This document shows positions 59,201-64,000 of a stretch of 64,000 nucleotides of DNA, in pieces. The notes beneath the pieces are model-generated. The model was not told the origin of the DNA. It was given only the letters and a program-made list of their open reading frames with translations, and searched no databases. Made by a program: the position numbers and the translations under genes. How positions within the stretch are numbered: the stretch's first letter is position 1; every line of letters begins with the position of its first letter. Origin of the DNA: Candidatus Hydrothermarchaeota archaeon (GTDB lineage: Archaea > CAYFZR01); assembly GCA_046760505.1 (NCBI GenBank), contig JBHIEG010000007.1:1-64000 (forward strand), given 5' to 3'.

Positions 59201-60274
59201 ATATGAAATCGCTCTATACAAGATTTTGCTGGCTAAAATAATATCTTCAACATCAACGTATTCATTCGAGGTGTGGGAAGTTTCCAATCTACCGGGACCG
59301 AAAACAACTGGTTCAATTCCCCTTTCGTATAGATTTTGTGCGTCTGTCCAACTCTTCATACCTCTTATCTTTGCATCCTTACCTAAAACATCTTTATATG
59401 CCTTTTTCAATAAACTTACAATCTCAGCGTCCATATTGATTTCGAAAGGCATGGATTCGTCTGTTAGTTTGTATTCAATTCCTTTAGAATCGAAATAATC
59501 ATGTAACTCCTTCTTTATTTTTTTAGCATCTTGATTGGGGAGTATTCTAAAATCTAAAACCATTTTACATTTCTTAGGAACTATTAAGGCATCGAAACCC
59601 CCTTCGATTCTCTGGATGTTATAGAGGCTTTTACCTATCAATTCATGCTCCTCATTTAAGAATGAGAGCTCGTTAATTTTTTCAATTACATCAATTGCTT
59701 TCATAATAGCATTTTCTCCGAATTCAATCGCGCTTCCATGCGCTTCCTTTCCTATAACTTCTATTTCTATCTCAAAGGATCCTGCGCCTGCTACACATAT
59801 ATCCAATCCGGTAGGCTCTAGAACTATACCGTATTTTGAGGTATACTGATCCGCTAACTTCTCGGATCCTGATCCATCCCCCTCTTCGTCCACCAAAAAT
59901 GCGAAGGTAACAGGAAATTTTCTCAGATTTTCTTTCTCTTTTATTGTTTCCAAAGTCAAGAGAATGGATAAAATGCCACCTTTAGCATCAGCACTTCCGA
60001 GTCCGTAAACTCTTTCTCCCTCAACCTCTGCCCTAAGAGTTTGATGATAGAGTAATGGTATTGTATCTACATGCGTGCATATAATGAGTTCTGGATCATC
60101 GAGCGGATTGACGATTAAGTTATAGTTTTTCTTTACATTTTGTCTTTCGAATGGAATATCCAGTTCATTAAGCCTTTTCTCTATATATCTTAGAATTTTA
60201 TCCTCTTCTCCACTAGGACTTGGAATTTCTATGAGTTTTACCAACTCATCTATGAGGGAACGCATGGTGAACAT
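59192..60274 (-). CDS. M20 family metallopeptidase/deacylase (ArgE/DapE-like)
   Basis: PSPSGEE, HVDT, G.GSADAKG, DEE, EPT, G..AHGS and FGPG...HT.NE motifs. Confidence 0.88.
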   Translation of the reverse strand: MFTMRSLIDELVKLIEIPSPSGEEDKILRYIEKRLNELDIPFERQNVKKNYNLIVNPLDDPELIICTHVDTIPLLYHQTLRAEVEGERVYGLGSADAKGGILSILLTLETIKEKENLRKFPVTFAFLVDEEGDGSGSEKLADQYTSKYGIVLEPTGLDICVAGAGSFEIEIEVIGKEAHGSAIEFGENAIMKAIDVIEKINELSFLNEEHELIGKSLYNIQRIEGGFDALIVPKKCKMVLDFRILPNQDAKKIKKELHDYFDSKGIEYKLTDESMPFEINMDAEIVSLLKKAYKDVLGKDAKIRGMKSWTDAQNLYERGIEPVVFGPGRLETSHTSNEYVDVEDIILASKILYRAISYLV

Positions 60275-60310
60275 TTTTCTTCATCCTTAGTTTTTTACTT
60301 AATAAATTTC

Positions 60311-61573
60311 TTAGATTGTGTATTTTTCCAACCCTAAGAGTTCAAGTAATCTATCAAAAATAGAGGATAAAAGTCCTATTATTCCTTTATGCTCAAGATC
60401 CTCAGAGACATGAATCGAAATTTTTTCTGAAATTATGATTTTTTCCTGATTATCTTCATAGTAGATTAAATTTGCGTTGGGAATCTCATAATCACCTTTT
60501 TGTTCTGGTCTAATCCTATAGCTGTAGGTTTTGAATTCTCCTCCTCCCAAGATATCTGCGATAATTAAGCTACCATTGATAACTTCAAAATCTTTAGGGG
60601 CTGTATCAACAATTTCAATCTTAATGGGCTTATCTAAAAGGTTCTCTACCTTCAATAAGACGCTCATTTCTTGCCCAACTATTGGATTATAGTTTTCGAT
60701 CTCCTTGACGATTACCGCACCAAGTCTCTCTCTTGGCGCGAACTTAGTTTCTCTGACTATTCTATACCTCATTGATGAGGGCAATTCTACTTTCACTTCA
60801 ACGCCATCAGAGTTTATATCCAGCAAGGTCAACTTTGCTTCTCCTATGTCCAGAGATTCTCCAGAATTCAGAGAACCAGAAAGAGGAGACTTCTTCCCTT
60901 TGTATAAAACATTTATGTAGGCCCTGTTTTTTTCGGTATCAATAAGTCTCAGTCCATAATTCTCATAAGTAAATATCTCTCCAAAGGAGAGAAAACCCTG
61001 ATAAAAGCCTTTTCCTTCCTTCAATAATTCGCCCTCATAGATATAGGTGGTAGGTGGACCAGTAAGTTTAGGTTCTTTTTTTTCTTTGTAGGTTTCTTTC
61101 TTAGGAATTTGGGTTAACTTTACTCCTCTCAATAAACTGTTTATTACAGATTCGAGCTCTTCTTTCTCTCTGTAACCAGACAATTTTTTAACCGGCCTTC
61201 CATATCTGTCGAAAAAGGTAAACGTCGGGAGGTAGCGTTCACCATACTTTCTTGAAAGTTTTAGACCTTCTGCAGTATCTACGTTAACGGTTATTATATC
61301 CACGATTCCCTTGTATTTCGTTCTCAGCGCTCTTACGGTTGGAATCATCATTCTACAAACCCCGCACCTATCTGCTGAGAATTCTAATACGGTGGGCTTA
61401 CCGTTGTTTAATGCTTCATGAAACTTCTCTGGAGAGTAATCATAGAGAATTCCAGCGGGGCTTAAATACCCCTCAAAATCTCCTGCCTCTTCTGCCTCAG
61501 AAGGAATCAATAGCATGACTAGCATTACAATCAGGAAAACGACCAGGAGATGTTTTTCAAACCCTTGCATCAT
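60311..61573 (-). CDS. Secreted thioredoxin-domain protein with a C-terminal Ig-like (BatD/DUF11-type) domain
   Basis: Signal peptide; FSADRCGVC (CxxC), LPTF.FFD..G; C-terminal V.L.VEN...I.D..P..F..YSY.I.P...G.Y.IP.A. Confidence 0.7.
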   Translation of the reverse strand: MMQGFEKHLLVVFLIVMLVMLLIPSEAEEAGDFEGYLSPAGILYDYSPEKFHEALNNGKPTVLEFSADRCGVCRMMIPTVRALRTKYKGIVDIITVNVDTAEGLKLSRKYGERYLPTFTFFDRYGRPVKKLSGYREKEELESVINSLLRGVKLTQIPKKETYKEKKEPKLTGPPTTYIYEGELLKEGKGFYQGFLSFGEIFTYENYGLRLIDTEKNRAYINVLYKGKKSPLSGSLNSGESLDIGEAKLTLLDINSDGVEVKVELPSSMRYRIVRETKFAPRERLGAVIVKEIENYNPIVGQEMSVLLKVENLLDKPIKIEIVDTAPKDFEVINGSLIIADILGGGEFKTYSYRIRPEQKGDYEIPNANLIYYEDNQEKIIISEKISIHVSEDLEHKGIIGLLSSIFDRLLELLGLEKYTI

Positions 61574-61610
61574 CTCATAATTTATGCTTTGGGCTATATT
61601 AAATTTTTAG

Positions 61611-61828
61611 ATGTTCGAGCAGTTGAAGATTATGTTATTTCAATTAACCTATATTTCCAACTTTAATTTAATCTTTAATTTACATCTCTATTAATTTTTT
61701 ATTCGTCTCTGAATCTGAGCAGATATCTCTCGAACATGTTCGTGGTAACGATTATCCTCTAAGAGTATATATGTTAGTTTGACTCTTGAAGTAATGATAA
61801 TGGTGGACATCTATGTTTGAGCAGTTGA
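61611..61828. repeat. Cluster of ATGTTCG-based repeats and a palindrome in a divergent intergenic region
   Basis: ATGTTCGAGCAGTTGA (61611-61626) vs ATGTTTGAGCAGTTGA (61813-61828); palindrome CGAACATGTTCG (61731-61742). Confidence 0.5.
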
Positions 61829-62817
61829 GAGAAGTAATTTTAGAAAAAATTAGACAGGGTATAGATCCCTTGGGAAAAATAATCGGTCAGGAAGAGGCTA
61901 AGGAAGGAATACTAGCAGCTTTGCTTGTAGGACATCATATTCTGATTGAAGGCCCTCCAGGGGTAGGTAAGACCACTCTGGCAAAGGAAGTTGCAAAACT
62001 TTTGCCACCGATAAAAGTCGTTAAGGGGTGCCCCTATAACTGTGATCCTGAAGAGCCTGTTTGCCCCCTGTGCAAGCAGAAAAAAGACTTTGAAATCGAG
62101 GAAATTGCTGGAATAAAGAGGTTTGTCCGAATTCAGGGTTCTCCAGATCTTACTGCAGAGGATCTTCTCGGAGACATTGATCCTCCGATGGCATTCAAGT
62201 ATGGACCCCAAGACTACAGGGCATTTACTCCCGGAAAACTTCTCAAAGGAAATAGAGGGGTTATATTCTTCGATGAACTCAACAGAGTCCCAGAAAAGTT
62301 GCAGAATGCTTTACTTCAAGTATTGGAGGAGGGAATAGCTACCATAGGTCCCTACGACGTTGACTATCCCTCCAATTTTATAATGATCGCAACCATGAAT
62401 CCTGCTGAGCACGCTGGAGTGGAAGAACTCTCAGACGTTTTGCTTGATAGGTTTGATATGGTAAGAATGGGGCATCCTGTTTCCATAGAAGAGGAAAAGA
62501 GAATCGTGCTGGAAAACGCCCGTGATATAGGCGTTAAAGTCAAACCTGAGTTGATGGACGAATTACTCAAAATAGTTAGGGCTACAAGGGAGGATGAAGA
62601 AATTTCCCAGGGAGCAAGCGTTAGAGCGAGCATAAGTTTATACGAAAAGGCTCAGGCCAGGGCTCTTATGCATGGAAGAAGAGAGGTGACCAGAGAAGAC
62701 ATAATGGAAATGGCTCCTTCCGTACTACTTAAACGCATAAAACCCGCTCCAGAATCTCCTTACTTTGAAGATCCCTTGCCTCTCGTGATAAGGAAGATAG
62801 ATGAGGTAATGGGCTAA
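61813..62817 (+). CDS. AAA+ ATPase, MoxR / Mg-chelatase ChlI-like
   Basis: IIGQEEAK, GPPGVGKT, CPYNC..P..VCPLC insert, FFDELNR, ATMNP and LLDRF motifs. Confidence 0.85.
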   Translation: MFEQLREVILEKIRQGIDPLGKIIGQEEAKEGILAALLVGHHILIEGPPGVGKTTLAKEVAKLLPPIKVVKGCPYNCDPEEPVCPLCKQKKDFEIEEIAGIKRFVRIQGSPDLTAEDLLGDIDPPMAFKYGPQDYRAFTPGKLLKGNRGVIFFDELNRVPEKLQNALLQVLEEGIATIGPYDVDYPSNFIMIATMNPAEHAGVEELSDVLLDRFDMVRMGHPVSIEEEKRIVLENARDIGVKVKPELMDELLKIVRATREDEEISQGASVRASISLYEKAQARALMHGRREVTREDIMEMAPSVLLKRIKPAPESPYFEDPLPLVIRKIDEVMG

Positions 62818-64000
62818 ATGGGTATAAGAAAAGATATAAGGAATGTATTGAGGGAAAGAGAAGAAGAATTATTTGAAGGACTTTACTTGCCAGTGGATTT
62901 CAAGGAAGATGTCCTGACTAGTCTTTTCGCTGGGCACAACATAATCCTCGCTGGACCTCCAGGAACAGGAAAGACAAGTATTGCCTTAAATCTATCAAAA
63001 ATGCTCCCTGATATTAAAGTAGTTAGAGGCTGTCCAGTTAATTGTCTTTTTGAAAATCCAACATGTCCATTTTGCAAAAAATTAGGAAAAATGGAGCCAG
63101 AGATCATAAAGGGAAGCGAGAGGATGGTGAGAATACAGGGAAGCGCAGAAATGGTTCCTGAAGATCTAATAGGAGACTTCGATCCAAAAGTGACTCTTGA
63201 AGAGGGCTTCACCTTGGAAGCCTTTCATCCAGGAAAACTCTTTAAAGCCAATAATGGCATATTGATGGTAGATTTCATTGATAGAATGCCTGAGAGAGTA
63301 ATAAATACCCTATTATCTAGCCTCGAGGAAGGATACGCTGTTCCACGGTTAGAAGAATTCTTCAAATTGGATTTTTTAATTATCGCCACGAGCGGAATTA
63401 AAACTCTAGATAGGCTGCCAGATGATTTGATAGATAGATTCGATGTAATAAAAATGGACTACATAGAGACAAAATATGAAAAAGAGCTTTTTCTCGAGCG
63501 TGCAAAGGGTGTAAAAAAAGACCTCGTGGAGTTATATGCTAAACTAATTGGAGATACTCGTTCTCACTCAGATGTTCTAAGAGGGGTTAGTACAAGAGGC
63601 GGTTTAAGGTTTTTTGAGTTGTTGAGCATACTGCCCACCCTAAATCAAAGGGATGAAATTACCATAGAAGACGTAAAAAAGGCAATGTACATGACTCTAA
63701 GACACAGAATGAAAGTAAAACCTTATACCAAGGCAGAAATCGTTTTAAAAGACATAATGGATGATTTACTTGGTGAATATAAAGAGAAAGGACCAATAAC
63801 AGATGCTGACGTTATCAGTATAATAGAGGAAATAGCCTCTGATCCAAGCCTTCAGAGACCACTTAAGTATGGATTCTCAGATATTTTACTCAAAAGACTG
63901 AGTCAGAGACCTTCTTCTACATTAAGTTTAATTCAGCAGAGAATTGCAAAAGATTTGGAATATAAGGTAAGATTTGCTCCAGACCAGGCTGAAAAAATGA
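62818..64000 (+). CDS. Second, paralogous AAA+ protein (ChlD-like) with a degenerate Walker B; runs off the window edge
   Basis: Not in the ORF track. The open frame from ATG 62818 reads MGIRKDIR...GPPGTGKT, CPVNC...PTCPFC, RIQGS, PGKLFKAN.G, ILMVDFIDR, LIDRF, and has no stop before 64000. Confidence 0.8.
   Translation, partial: MGIRKDIRNVLREREEELFEGLYLPVDFKEDVLTSLFAGHNIILAGPPGTGKTSIALNLSKMLPDIKVVRGCPVNCLFENPTCPFCKKLGKMEPEIIKGSERMVRIQGSAEMVPEDLIGDFDPKVTLEEGFTLEAFHPGKLFKANNGILMVDFIDRMPERVINTLLSSLEEGYAVPRLEEFFKLDFLIIATSGIKTLDRLPDDLIDRFDVIKMDYIETKYEKELFLERAKGVKKDLVELYAKLIGDTRSHSDVLRGVSTRGGLRFFELLSILPTLNQRDEITIEDVKKAMYMTLRHRMKVKPYTKAEIVLKDIMDDLLGEYKEKGPITDADVISIIEEIASDPSLQRPLKYGFSDILLKRLSQRPSSTLSLIQQRIAKDLEYKVRFAPDQAEKM

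Noticed and set aside
61731-61742. Gram-positive LexA (CGAAC-N4-GTTCG) box
   Set aside because: The spacer is 2 nt instead of 4, and the host is archaeal
371-63212. Numerous 60-210 aa ORFs antisense to or nested in called genes (e.g. 16030-16494, 21337-21849, 25518-26024, 49807-50439, 56297-56818)
   Set aside because: These are Ser/Phe/Ile-rich shadow frames of well-supported genes on the opposite strand

Overview
Gene-dense, AT-rich window from an anaerobic archaeon. This assignment rests on BRE/TATA promoters, GGAGGTGA-type RBS, archaeal-type CobT, aCPSF1-like, TtuA/SAMP and DUF460 genes, TfrAB and Hdr modules; the K/E-rich proteins suggest, but do not prove, a thermophile. No rRNA, complete tRNA, CRISPR array or transposase was seen. 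The left part (1-24.9 kb) holds housekeeping and NDP-sugar genes, a class II RNR, and a triply frameshifted pycB/oadA-like gene. The centre (25-50.4 kb) is a large cluster for carboxylic-acid metabolism. It comprises an FAD lactate-dehydrogenase-like protein with a CCG Fe-S partner and LarA; a highly divergent three-part IOR-type 2-oxoacid oxidoreductase; a biotin-dependent acyl-CoA carboxylase; SucCD; methylmalonyl-CoA mutase, MeaB, CobO and epimerase; fumarase; thiol:fumarate reductase TfrAB; an aberrant AOR-like pair; and an HdrDE-like pair. It is followed by an HdrA-MvhD fusion with an internally duplicated HdrD-like partner. The main hypothesis is a methylmalonyl-CoA (propionate/succinate) pathway wired to a cytoplasmic thiol/heterodisulfide pool. 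All product calls come from motif recognition by eye; no database search was run.
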